Of a stretch of 64,000 bases of DNA, positions 35,898-46,200 are shown piece after piece. The DNA comes from an uncultured bacterium (GTDB lineage: Bacteria > Krumholzibacteriota > Krumholzibacteriia > JACNKJ01). Within the stretch, counting starts at the first letter, position 1. Each line of letters opens with the position of its first letter. Both the position numbers and the translations under genes were made by a program. The notes beneath the pieces are model-generated. The model ran no database searches and was not told where the DNA came from. It saw only the letters and a program-made list of their open reading frames with translations. Location of the stretch: NCBI GenBank assembly GCA_964410395.1, contig CAYPGS010000010.1, positions 16,668-80,667 of the forward strand, read 5' to 3'.

Positions 35898-35930
35898 CCC
35901 TCCCCCAACCTCGGGGAGGGTTTCTTGTTT
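35898..35930 (+). terminator. Rho-independent terminator of the cco operon
   Basis: CCCTCCCC-caacctc-GGGGAGGG followed by TTTCTTGTTT. Confidence 0.7.
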
Positions 35931-35990
35931 CCCTTGGGATGTACCCGTGTACAATCCATGGGAACTCGAACCGGCGGGGAGCCAAACGCG

Positions 35991-36368
35991 ATGCTCATGA
36001 TACTCTCAGGCACGCTGATCACCCTGGCGCTGATCTTCTACTCCATTGGCGTGTGGGCGGAACGCCTTGCCCGTGACCTCAAGGCCTGGCATGTGATCTG
36101 TTTCTGGACGGGATTCCTCTTCGACGTTTCCGGTACAGCCACCATGCACGTGCTGGCCGAAGGGCGCTTCGACCTCAGGGACTCCCACACCTCGACCGGT
36201 CAGATCGCGCTGTGGCTCATGCTGGTTCACGCCATCTGGGCGACGAGGGTCGCGCGATCCGGCACGGATGAGCGGCGACGAACCTTCCACCGATTCAGTC
36301 TCGCGGTCTGGCTCATCTGGCTCATCCCCTACTTCGGCGGCATGTACCTGGGAATGTCGGGGAACTAG
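35991..36368 (+). CDS. Small integral membrane protein (4 predicted TM helices)
   Basis: MLMILSGTLITLALIFYSIGVW… The start was moved to the internal ATG to drop an implausible 22-aa leader. Confidence 0.45.
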   Translation: MLMILSGTLITLALIFYSIGVWAERLARDLKAWHVICFWTGFLFDVSGTATMHVLAEGRFDLRDSHTSTGQIALWLMLVHAIWATRVARSGTDERRRTFHRFSLAVWLIWLIPYFGGMYLGMSGN

Positions 36369-37634
36369 CTACTCCGCCATCTGCTCCCAGACCACTTCGG
36401 CGGCCAGTCGCATGCCGATGGCGATGGCCTCCTCCGGCGGGTCCAGATCGCTGCGATGCAGGGTCATCTCGGGACGATCCTCGCGCCCGATACCCAGCCT
36501 GAACTGGAAGCCCGGCACCTCGCGCCCGAAGTAGGCGAAGTCCTCGCCACCCATTCCGGCTGGATAGATGATCTCGTTCTCCGGGCCGAGCACGCGCCGA
36601 AACACCGCGCGACACTCATCCACCAGCTCCGGATCATTGTAGCCAGCAACCGTGCCGAAGTAGTACTCCAGCACCGGCTCGGGGGCGCCCACCGCGGCGG
36701 CGAGGCCGTTCACCATGCGTTCGATCTTCTCGGGAAGTGCCTCGCGGGTCTCATCATCGAGACTGCGCACCGTGGCCTCGAGCACCACCTCATCGGGCAC
36801 CACGTTGCTCTTGGTGCCGCCTTCGATGCGCCCCACCGAGATCACGCAGTGATGGTTCACGTCCATCTCGCGGGCGACGATGCTCTCGAAGCCCAGGATC
36901 ATCTTCGCCGCCAGACTCACCGGATCCACCGTGCGATGGGGATAGGCGCCATGTCCGCCGCGACCCTTCACCGTGAGCACGAAGCCGTCCACGTTGGCCG
37001 TGGCCGGACCCGGGTGCGAGCCCACCTTGCCCAGTGGAATGGTGGTGTGGTCGTGCAGGGCCAGCGCGCATTTGGGCTTGCGGCCCTCTTCGAAGATGCC
37101 AGCCTGCAGAAGCGTGAGCGCGCCGGCACCGATCTCCTCGGCGGGCTCGCCGATGAAGAGCAGGGTGCCGGGCATTTCCTCGCGCACGTCCGACAGCATG
37201 CGCGTCATGCCCAGGGCCACGGCCATGTGAAGGTCGTGGCCGCAGGCGTGCATGACGCCGGTCACCCGGCCGCTGCGCAGGGTGTCCACCCGCTGGCAGG
37301 CGAATTCCAGACCCGTCTCTTCGGTGATGGGCAGGCCGTCCATGTCGGTTCGCCACGCCACGATAGGCCCCGGCTTGCCGCCCTTGAGCATCGCCACCAC
37401 TCCGGTCGCCCAATCACCTTCCACCAGCTCCACGCCCGGGATGTCCGCCAGCGATTCACGCAGCCAGGCCTGGGTCTCGAACTCCCGCATCGACAGCTCG
37501 GCGTGCTCGTGGGCCCACCGGCGATCGGCGATGGCCTGAGCCTCGTACTTGTCGGTGAGGGCCTCGAAGTCGGGCCGCTCCGCCAGGGCGGCGGTGGCGA
37601 TTGTCAGAACGAGCAGGATCAGGACGGTTCTCAT
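36369..37634 (-). CDS. M20 family amidohydrolase (M20D, aminoacylase/hippurate hydrolase type), secreted
   Basis: Signal peptide MRTVLILLVLTIATAALA. Metal-binding blocks MHACGHDLH and GEPAEE. RBS GAGGAG lies 6 nt upstream. ATGA overlap with the upstream gene. Confidence 0.85.
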   Translation of the reverse strand: MRTVLILLVLTIATAALAERPDFEALTDKYEAQAIADRRWAHEHAELSMREFETQAWLRESLADIPGVELVEGDWATGVVAMLKGGKPGPIVAWRTDMDGLPITEETGLEFACQRVDTLRSGRVTGVMHACGHDLHMAVALGMTRMLSDVREEMPGTLLFIGEPAEEIGAGALTLLQAGIFEEGRKPKCALALHDHTTIPLGKVGSHPGPATANVDGFVLTVKGRGGHGAYPHRTVDPVSLAAKMILGFESIVAREMDVNHHCVISVGRIEGGTKSNVVPDEVVLEATVRSLDDETREALPEKIERMVNGLAAAVGAPEPVLEYYFGTVAGYNDPELVDECRAVFRRVLGPENEIIYPAGMGGEDFAYFGREVPGFQFRLGIGREDRPEMTLHRSDLDPPEEAIAIGMRLAAEVVWEQMAE

Positions 37635-38584
37635 TCGTCGCTCCTCTTGCGGGTGCTGGATGTCTTGCGCAGCAGGGCCAGGAAGAATCCTTCGAACAGT
37701 TCGTTGGGAAGCACGCGGCGAGCCGCGGCGATTTCCGGGGCGAACTCTCGTTTCTCCCAACGGGCCAGTCCACTTTGCACGTTTTCGAGCGGCAGGTCCA
37801 GTGGCAGGATCTCCACCGCTCCCTCGAACTTCGAAAGCAGCTTGTCCAGGACGCCCTCATTCTCTTCCGGGGCGAAGGTGCAGGTGGAGTAGGCCAGAAG
37901 GCCACCCGGCCTGAGCATATGCAGGGCCGACTGAGCCAGGCGCAGCTGCACGCGGCGCATCTCGCGGATCTTCCTCGGACTCCAGTAGGCGTAGGATTTG
38001 GGATCGTCCACACGGAAACGGCCCTCGGACGAGCAGGGCGCATCGAGCAGCACCTTGTCGAAACTCTCCTCGTGGCCTCGCCAGAAACCCGTGCCGTCGG
38101 CGAGACGGGTCTCCACCTCGAGCGCGCCCTGGGACTTCAGATTCGCCTTGAGCTTGAAGAATCGGCCGCGGTTCTTCTCCACCGCGGTCACGCGAGCGCC
38201 GCTGGCGGACAGCTGCAAGGTCTTGCTTCCCGGGGCCGCGGCGAGGTCGAGCACGTCCTCTCCCGGTCGGCACTCGAGGGCGAGGGGCGGCAACATGCTC
38301 GACGGATTCTGGATCCAGAGGCGCCCTTCACGCTAGGCCGCATGCTCGGTAAGCGCACGCCGCTGCTCGGGGGAAACAGAGAAACTCTCGGGCGGATAGC
38401 CGAGGGCCACCGGCTCGAATCCCGATTCCACGAGTTCCCGGGCAAGACACTCCGCATCGGTCTTGAGTCGATTGACTCGAAACACCGTCGGCGCTTCGGA
38501 GCTCATGGCCCGCAGGGTCGCGGCCAGGGAATCCGGGGAGAGGATCCGCTCCAGTCTTTCGAGAAAAGCTTCCGGCAGGCTCAT
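37631..38584 (-). pseudogene. RsmB/RsmF (NOL1/NOP2/Sun) family SAM-dependent rRNA cytosine-C5 methyltransferase, interrupted by an in-frame TAG
   Basis: The N-terminal part (…TVFRVNRLKTD…EQRRALTEHAA) and the C-terminal part (…VLDLAAAPGSKT…LLDAPCSSEGRFRVDD…) are in the same frame. One TAG separates them at about 38333, inside the conserved block …HAA*REGRLWIQNPSSMLP (family consensus …AGxxYiQDxSSMLP). Confidence 0.6.
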
Positions 38585-38629
38585 GAACTCATCCTAGCAC
38601 GACGGCGCCGGCCGCGATAGAATTCAGGC

Positions 38630-39322
38630 ATGAAAGCTCTAGTCCAATTCGTGCAAGCCGAACTCCGCGATCTGGCCGACCCCGCCAAGGCGGCTCCCAT
38701 GGCCGCCTACATGAAAACCGACATGCCCTTCTACGGCGTCCAGAAGCCCGCTCGAGCCAAACTCGAGAAACGGATGCTTCGAGAATTCCACGCGGAAACC
38801 CGGAGGGACTACGAGCGCGCGGTGATTTCCCTCTGGAAGCTATCTCATCGCGAGGAGAAGTACCTGGCCATCCACTTCGCGGCCGGACATCCCGAGTTCA
38901 TCGATGCGAACTCCATCGAACTCTACGAGCGGCTCATCCGCGAAGGCGCCTGGTGGGATTTCGTGGACGGCATCGCCACCGCCCTGGTGGGCGTGGCCCT
39001 GCGCAAGGAGCCCGAGAAGCTCTGGCCCCTCATGGACCTCTGGATCGAGGACGAAGACTTCTGGATACGCCGCAGCGCGATCCTCTGTCAGCTCGGCTGG
39101 AAGGGCGACACCGATCATCGCCGCCTCTTCGACTACTGCCTCAGACGGGCCGACGAAACCGAGTTCTTCATCCGCAAGGCCATCGGTTGGGCGCTGCGCG
39201 ACTATTCCTATGCCGAGCCACAGCGCGTGAAAGCCTTCCTGCTGAAGCATCGAGGGCGGCTCTCGGGACTCAGCTACCGAGAGGGCGCCAAGGCGCTCAA
39301 ACGGAAGGGTCTACTCGGCTAG
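38630..39322 (+). CDS. DNA alkylation repair enzyme (AlkC/AlkD-like HEAT-repeat glycosylase family)
   Basis: 230 aa. FIRKAIGWALRDYS and WIRRSAILCQL blocks match PF08713-type proteins. Confidence 0.75.
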   Translation: MKALVQFVQAELRDLADPAKAAPMAAYMKTDMPFYGVQKPARAKLEKRMLREFHAETRRDYERAVISLWKLSHREEKYLAIHFAAGHPEFIDANSIELYERLIREGAWWDFVDGIATALVGVALRKEPEKLWPLMDLWIEDEDFWIRRSAILCQLGWKGDTDHRRLFDYCLRRADETEFFIRKAIGWALRDYSYAEPQRVKAFLLKHRGRLSGLSYREGAKALKRKGLLG

Positions 39323-40290
39323 TCTTTAGGCGCGGTGATCTCCAGGAAATGCTCGTCTTCCCAAAGGGGCTGAAGGTCGGTGTCCGTGCGCGCGCGTTCC
39401 CCGAGGCTTGGATCCCGCTCCACCGCCTCCGCCAGGCGGAACAGGGCCTTGCGGTAGAGTTCCGCCTTGGCGAAGAAGCAGGCCAGATGGAAGTAGGGCT
39501 CTCCTTTGTCCGGGTTGAGCTTCACGGCCCGTTCACCCAGATGGATGGCCTCCGTGTACAGCCCCTTCTCGGCCAGGGTGTATCCTTCGAGGATCAATGC
39601 CCACTCCTGCCACATATCGAAGATGCGCCTGAGTTCGGCGATGGGCTCGCCGTGGTCGTCCACGCGAAGATCGCAATAGCGATCGTTGAAGCCGGCGTAG
39701 CCGCCCTCCTCGCGCACGATGACCATGGCCGCCGACTGCATGCCCCGGGAATCGCCGCCCGCGGCTTGCCCGGCCTCCAGGGCACGCATGAGCCGTTCGC
39801 CGAGAATCTCGCCCTCGGCCGCCTCGAAGGCAGCGGCCATATCCGCCACCACCGCCTCGCCGACCAGGATGTTCCCCTGCGCGGTATAGTTCACTCCGCT
39901 CTTGTGCCCGGCCCAGACCATGCATTCGGCTCCGGTATGAGCCGCGGCCCGGCCCTGGGCGTCCACGATACCTACCTGGCGCTGCTCACGGCCATCGTCA
40001 GCGGCCAGCAGAGCGGCAAGCACTTCCTCGGGGCTGTGGCCGTCTTCGAGCAGCTCCAGACCTTCGGGACCGAAGGTCGTGTTGGCGAAGGCCTGAGTGG
40101 CGACGGCTCCCACTCCCGCCCGGGCCCAGGGCACCACGGCGCCCACTCCGAAGAACTTGGACTGCACGGCGATGCCGAGATCTCCGGTGGCCGGGTCGTA
40201 GCCAACGATGGAGTAGGTAGCGACGGGCTGGGCGGCCTGCGCCGCGAGGAAAGCGAAGAGGAAGAATGCGGCGGCGAGGATTCGTTTCAT
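39319..40290 (-). CDS. Secreted DUF1028 (Ntn-hydrolase-like) protein with a C-terminal TPR-like region
   Basis: RBS GGAGG lies 6 nt upstream. Signal peptide MKRILAAAFFLFAFLAAQA. TYSIVGYDPATGDLGIAVQSKFFGVGAVVPWARAGVGAVATQA is the DUF1028 core. Confidence 0.7.
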   Translation of the reverse strand: MKRILAAAFFLFAFLAAQAAQPVATYSIVGYDPATGDLGIAVQSKFFGVGAVVPWARAGVGAVATQAFANTTFGPEGLELLEDGHSPEEVLAALLAADDGREQRQVGIVDAQGRAAAHTGAECMVWAGHKSGVNYTAQGNILVGEAVVADMAAAFEAAEGEILGERLMRALEAGQAAGGDSRGMQSAAMVIVREEGGYAGFNDRYCDLRVDDHGEPIAELRRIFDMWQEWALILEGYTLAEKGLYTEAIHLGERAVKLNPDKGEPYFHLACFFAKAELYRKALFRLAEAVERDPSLGERARTDTDLQPLWEDEHFLEITAPKD

Positions 40291-40387
40291 GAGAGCCTCC
40301 TTGGCTGCGGCGAGTCTACATGGTCGAGACTCCCACGCCAATCCCCCCGGCTTGACCCGCCCGGCGCCTTGGCCTAGGCTGCCCGCC

Positions 40388-41515
40388 ATGAAACCCATCT
40401 ATCTCGATTACAACGCGACCACGCCGGTGGACCCTCGGGTGGCCGAAGCCATGCTGCCCTATCTCACCGAGCACTTCGGAAACCCTTCCAGCTCACACGC
40501 CTACGGACGCGAGACCCGCGGCGCCGTGGACAGGGCACGCAGGCAAGTGGCCGGATTACTCGGCGCTTCGGCGGCGGAGATCCTCTTCACCAGCGGCGGC
40601 TCCGAGTCGAACAACCTGGCCATCAAGGGCGTGGCCGAAGCTCGCGAAGGGGAAGGGCGGCACATCCTGACCTCGGCGGTGGAGCATCCCGCGGTGACCG
40701 AGGTCTGCGGAAACCTGGAGTCCCGTGGCTGGCGCGTGGACTATCTGCCCGTCGATTCCACAGGCTGGCTCGACCCGGCGACCGTCGAGAAGGCACTCAC
40801 GAGCGAGACCGTGCTGGTCACGGTGATGCACGCCAACAACGAGGTGGGCACCGTTGAGCCCATCGCCGACATCGCGAAGCTGGCCCGTGCCCGCGGCGCG
40901 CTGCTGCATTGCGATGCGGCCCAGTCCATCGGCAAGATCCCCGTACGCGTGGATGGTCTCGGCGTCGACCTGCTCTCGGTGGCCGGCCACAAGCTCTATG
41001 CGCCCAAGGGCGTGGGTGCCCTCTACATTCGAGACGGCGTGAAGCTGAACAGGCAGACCCATGGTGCGGACCACGAGCGCAACCTGCGCGCGGGCACCGA
41101 GAACGTGCTCGAGATAGCGGGGCTCGGCGAGGCCTGCGAGATCGCCGCGGAAGGAATCGACGACACCCCGACCAAGCTCGCCAAGTTGCGCGACCGACTC
41201 GAGGACGGCCTGCGCGGGCGTATTCCAGAACTCGTCGTAAACGGCAGGCTCGACGGTCGCCTGCCGAACACGGCCAGCGTTTCCTTTCCCGGTATCGAAG
41301 CCTCGACGCTTCTGGCCGGGCTCGAGGGCGTGGCAGCCTCGGCAGGGGCGGCCTGCCACGCCGACGGCGTGTCCGTGTCGGCGGTGCTCGCGGCCATGAA
41401 GGTGCCGCTGGATGTCGCGAAAGGCACGCTACGCCTATCGGTGGGACGCTTCAGCACCGATGATGAAATCGACCGCGCTGTGGAGCTAATCTGCGAAGCA
41501 GTGAACTCCCAATAG
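40388..41515 (+). CDS. Cysteine desulfurase (class V aminotransferase, IscS/NifS-like)
   Basis: MKPIYLDYNATTPVDPRV…, PLP lysine in SVAGHKLYAPKGVGALY and the active-site Cys in SAGAACHA. Confidence 0.85.
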   Translation: MKPIYLDYNATTPVDPRVAEAMLPYLTEHFGNPSSSHAYGRETRGAVDRARRQVAGLLGASAAEILFTSGGSESNNLAIKGVAEAREGEGRHILTSAVEHPAVTEVCGNLESRGWRVDYLPVDSTGWLDPATVEKALTSETVLVTVMHANNEVGTVEPIADIAKLARARGALLHCDAAQSIGKIPVRVDGLGVDLLSVAGHKLYAPKGVGALYIRDGVKLNRQTHGADHERNLRAGTENVLEIAGLGEACEIAAEGIDDTPTKLAKLRDRLEDGLRGRIPELVVNGRLDGRLPNTASVSFPGIEASTLLAGLEGVAASAGAACHADGVSVSAVLAAMKVPLDVAKGTLRLSVGRFSTDDEIDRAVELICEAVNSQ

Positions 41516-41576
41516 ATAACCCTCTCCCCTTGTTGTGGAGAGAGGGTATCCGCTTCAGCTTATGCTTCGGCTTCCT

Positions 41577-43124
41577 CTAGTGCCAGACGATGGTCGTGTC
41601 GTAGTCCCGATAGAAGTCCGCGGGAGCTGGCGGCCCCTCGGTGGGCGGATCAGAATTCCAGGTGTTGTACATGGCGTAGATGGTGCCCTCTTCGTTTCGC
41701 ACGTAGAGACCATACTCCGCATTGTTTTGGATCACGTTGCCGCCTAGGCTTCCTCGCGCACCGCCGCCGAGATCCGGATTCGTCACGGGCGGCGGTTCCC
41801 CCGATCCGCTGTATGCGGTGACTCCCGTATTGTTGTTCGTGATGGTGCATCCTTCGATCAGGGGATCGGAGTTCGTGTTCACAAAGATCCCCTGCCACCA
41901 GTCGGTAATCGTGCAGTTGCGAACTGTCGCGTGACAATCGCTGGTTAGCTCGAATCCGCGGTTGTCGCCAGGATGGCTGGTGTTCACGATTACGCAATCC
42001 TCGACCAGCGTGCTGTTGCCTGCCCCGCTGATCCGGATGGCCGAGTAGTTGAAGGTGTCGTTGATCTTCACGTTCCTGATCGTCGCGGTGCTGCCGCAAA
42101 AGATTCCGATGGACGACAATTCGCCCCCGGACGCGACTCCCGCGTTGCCCAGGGTGATGTTCTCCACCACGGACTCGTACCAGAGGTCCATGGTGAAGTA
42201 CAGGTCCTCTCCGCCGTAGAGGATGACCTCGTCGCGGCCCGATCCACGTAGGGTCACTCCCATCGGAATCGTGAAGACATCGCCCTCTCCGAGATCGCCG
42301 TCGTAGGTTCCGGGTGCGACCAGGACCACGTCGCCTTCTTCCGTTTCGCCCAGGGCGTAGGTGATGGTGCGGAAGGGATAGTCCCAGGTCCCGCCCCCGT
42401 TCACGTCGACCCCGGTCGCAGCATTCACGTGCTTGATCGTGTGCTGCACCTCCACCGAACCCGTTTCGAAGAACTGCTCATCGCCCCGGTACACGGCCTT
42501 GATCTCCACGGTGCCGCCATCGGGCACCGCGCTCGGCGCCGTGTAGACCGCGGGATTGGTCTGGGAGATGGTCCCGTTCATGCTATTCCCACCCAACTCT
42601 TCGTTCACGTACCAGTCGAACTCCGCTTCCCGTCCGCTCCATTCGAGACTGGCCGTCACCTCCAATTCGGTGGACACTTCGCACACGATGGCTTCGAACT
42701 CGAGGTTCACGCCGATGGGACCGATGACGCTGACGCTCACCTCATCCTCGAACTCGTAGTCCCCTGAGGTCTGAACCCCGATCAGCACTTCACCGCCGTC
42801 GGGAACGGCGCCTGGCGCGGTATAGGTCGTGGGATTGTCCTGTGGGATGTGGCCCAACTCCCCGTTTCCGCCCGTCACGCCATCGACGGTCCAGACGCAA
42901 TCCGGAAGCTCATCGTCATAGCCGACGTAGTTGGCCTGGAGCGTCAGCTGACCGCTTACGTTCACCTCGGTGGCATCCACCTGAATGGTCACGCCGGTCG
43001 GAACGGCCGGCTCGGCGGGATCCTTGTCTCCGCCACAGCCCATCAGGCCGAAGAGCAAGAGAGTGAATATCGCGGCGAAAGCGTTTCCGCGGGTTAGTTT
43101 GCCAGCACCTAAAACATACCGCAC
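41577..43124 (-). CDS. Lipoprotein with tandem Ig-like domains and a right-handed parallel beta-helix (DUF1565/pectate-lyase fold) domain
   Basis: Lipobox LLFGLMGCGG. Two repeats of the …NPTTYTAPGAVPDGGEV… domain. The beta-helix region contains NxxxNN and asparagine-ladder repeats (NITLGN, NVKIND, NCTITD, GCTITNNNTG). Confidence 0.7.
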   Translation of the reverse strand: MRYVLGAGKLTRGNAFAAIFTLLLFGLMGCGGDKDPAEPAVPTGVTIQVDATEVNVSGQLTLQANYVGYDDELPDCVWTVDGVTGGNGELGHIPQDNPTTYTAPGAVPDGGEVLIGVQTSGDYEFEDEVSVSVIGPIGVNLEFEAIVCEVSTELEVTASLEWSGREAEFDWYVNEELGGNSMNGTISQTNPAVYTAPSAVPDGGTVEIKAVYRGDEQFFETGSVEVQHTIKHVNAATGVDVNGGGTWDYPFRTITYALGETEEGDVVLVAPGTYDGDLGEGDVFTIPMGVTLRGSGRDEVILYGGEDLYFTMDLWYESVVENITLGNAGVASGGELSSIGIFCGSTATIRNVKINDTFNYSAIRISGAGNSTLVEDCVIVNTSHPGDNRGFELTSDCHATVRNCTITDWWQGIFVNTNSDPLIEGCTITNNNTGVTAYSGSGEPPPVTNPDLGGGARGSLGGNVIQNNAEYGLYVRNEEGTIYAMYNTWNSDPPTEGPPAPADFYRDYDTTIVWH

Positions 43125-43180
43125 CTCCTTATGATCACATCTCGAGCCAGCCTAACCGAAGTCGTGGAAATCTTGAATAG

Positions 43181-43207
43181 AAAAACGGGGGAGGCAGAAC
43201 CTCCCCC
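43181..43207 (-). terminator. Rho-independent terminator after the C25 peptidase gene
   Basis: Minus sense reads GGGGGAGG-ttctgc-CCTCCCCC followed by GTTTTT. Confidence 0.7.
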
Positions 43208-43235
43208 GAGGGCTTCTACACTGAGCATCGGAAGT

Positions 43236-46200
43236 CTACTTAAGCATCACCATCTTCCGAGTCAGCACCTGACCGTCGTAGGCGATGCGGCTGAAGTAGA
43301 TGCCGCTCGACACCGGACGGCCGGCGGCGTCGGTGCCCAGCCAGTCCAGTTCGTGATAGCCGGCGTCCATGTGTCCGCTGACCAGAGTCGCCACACGGCG
43401 TCCCCGTACATCGTAGACCCCCAGATCCACCTCGCCGGAGGTCGGCAGAGCGAATCGTAGAGTCGTCTTCGGGTTGAAGGGGTTGGGGAAGTTGCGACCC
43501 AGCTCCACGCGCGCGGGAAGCACTTCTCCCGCGTCCGTGGCCAGGGGCACGAAGGCGCTCAGCAGCACGTCGTCCACCGCGGCCTCCACGAGAGAGCCGC
43601 CGGTGCCGACATCCGCGGCCACGAAGCGTACCTGGACCATGTCGGTGAACTCGACGTAGTCCCCGAGCTCGAAGCTGTGGAAGGTCCAGGAGGCATCGGA
43701 GTCCTGGGTGCTTTCGAGGCTCACCCAATTCGTTCCGTCGCTCGTGACATCCACATTCCACCAGTCCTCACCCGGGTTGTTGCCCAGGTCGTTGGTGTAC
43801 CAGCGCCAGTAGCTGAATTCAGCGCTGGTTGCCCCATGGAGGGCGAAGATCGGACTGAGCAGGGTCGTCACGCCACCGTCCACATCGTTCTCGCCCGCGG
43901 CACCGCCCTCGGAACCCTGTCCGGTCACGAAACACATGACGCCGGGGTCGGGAGTGTGGTCGTCTTCGGGCTGAACGACATAGCCGTTGTACTCGGTGCC
44001 GTGGGGGTCCACGCGGGTCCAGAGACCCGTACCGGCGTTGTCCCCAGGCGCGCCGGAGGTCCAGCCGCGGTCGACTTCGAAGTCGTCGAACCATCCGCCC
44101 ACGGGGAGTTCGAAGGAAAGGTCGGCCGCGAACTCGCCGTTGCTCACGTTGAAGACGAAGTCGATGGTCCAGGGCTCGGGACATCCGGGCAGGATCTCCA
44201 CCACGAAGTCCGTCATGATGCCCTCGCCATCCACCGGAACCACCGGGCAGGCGCCACCGCCGTCGATGATGTTCACATTGAAGTCGTAGCTGCCGATGAC
44301 GCCCACCAGATCCTCGGCGTCGGAGTGACCCGTATTGGCCATGTGGACGCGCAAAGTCACCGTCTCGCCGGCATCGGCATTGCCGCTGCCGTCACCGTAG
44401 GGCAGGTCGATCACCGTGAGGCCCGAGGTGGACAGCACGGGCGCCTGGGCGGTCAGGTAGAAGGTGGCGTCCCAGCTACCCTCGTTGGCCACCATGTCGA
44501 TGGTGAACTGGATGATGTGCTCATCCGGCACGTCACCCGCGACCTCCACCACGAAGGGGAAGAGGCAGGTTCCCAGTTCGCCGGCGGGAATGTCCGGATA
44601 GTCCTGCACGGCCTCGAGGATGGTCACGTAGGGGTCGGTGCAACTCAAAGAGCCGACCACGCCCGTGGTGGGATCCACGCCCACGTTCTCCAGGCAGATG
44701 TCCAGATCGACGGTTTCGGCCTCGTCCAGCATGCCGTCGTTATCGCCGTTCTCATCGAAGATCAGGGAGTGATCGAAGACCAGATAGGGACCTTCCGGCG
44801 GCAGGATGGGCACCATGCCCGAGTACTCGTAGAAGTCGTGGGCGATGACCTTCACGTTCAGATCGGCGGGCGCCGTGGCGCCGGGCTCCAGGATCGCCAC
44901 GCCGAAACCGTTGGTGTAGGCCGTGTCGTAGACCGAGTAGTCGTCGGTGTAGATGCAGACCCGCGCGCCGACGATGGGCGCGCCGCCGTCCATGACCGTC
45001 ACTTCCATCTCGGGCTGGCCGATGAAGACCACGCCGGGCAGGGTGACCTGAAGGTTGGCGGGAACATCGGTCCAGAGCTGCATGGCCGGATCACCGAAGA
45101 GGTTCAGCTCGTAGAAGCACCAGCGGTTCGCGCCGTAGTCGAGGTTCCAGATGACGTCTTCCTTGGAGTCGTTGTTCATCTCGGAAAGGGGATAGATCTC
45201 CTCGCCGAACATGGCGTCGTAGAACTCCCGGTCGAAGTACTGGGAAGATCCGTTGGTGCCCTCATGCTGGCCCCAGCCGTAGCGGGAGTTGGTGACCAGG
45301 GCGACGGCGCAGTGCTCGTCGTTGTTCAGGTTCTCGCTGATGGAGTCGTAGTCGAAGCCGCCGCACATGCAGCCCTGGCTGTAGATGAAGTTGTAGCTGT
45401 GGTTGATTCCGTCATTGGTGAACTGCGGAATGCTGCTGTTGTAGAACTTCATCATGTAGGTGTAGTCGCAATGACCCAGGTGATTGATGATGTTCAGGCC
45501 GTTGTTCATCATGGCGATGAGCGTGCTCGCGCTCCAGGTTCCCTCGCGGTCGTATAGCGTGTCCACGTTCATGTGCTCGGGGAAACCGACGGTGGTATAG
45601 CCGTGGTTGCTCGAACCGTAGAGGATCTCGTCCTTGTAGTCGCCTCCCCAGGTCGGCTCGCTCCATAGCAACTCCGCGCACATGAGCGCATCGTCGCACT
45701 CCTCGGCGACGGGAGCGGTCTGGTAGCGCATCTGCTTGGTGATCCAGTTCTGGATCTCCGTGGGCGAGCTGACCGCCGCGCGGCCCACGCCCAGTTCGTG
45801 GTAGAGATCGGCCTCGCCGACCTCGCCCCAATATCCGTCGCCGTCATCGTTCCAGGTTCCGTCGAGACAGGCGAAGTAGAGATCGCTGGGAAGATTCGTC
45901 TCGGTGGTGCCGTAGGCCACCGCGTACATGCCCCGGTGTGGAATGCCGTCGCTGGGACCGCTGTCGCCCACCAGCAGAACGTACTCCGTTCCCCAGGTGG
46001 CATAGGCGTCGATGATGAAGTTGCGGATGCGCATCTGCTCATCGCTGCCCGTGTACTCGGTGTTGATCCAGTCCTTCAGGAAGACCGCGGCCTTGAGACC
46101 ACGCTCGGTCTGGAAGGTGACGAAATCGCCCAGATAGGGCGCGTAGGCGTCGGAGGTCACGATGACGTACTTGATGCCGTCGGCCGGATCCAGCGCTCGG

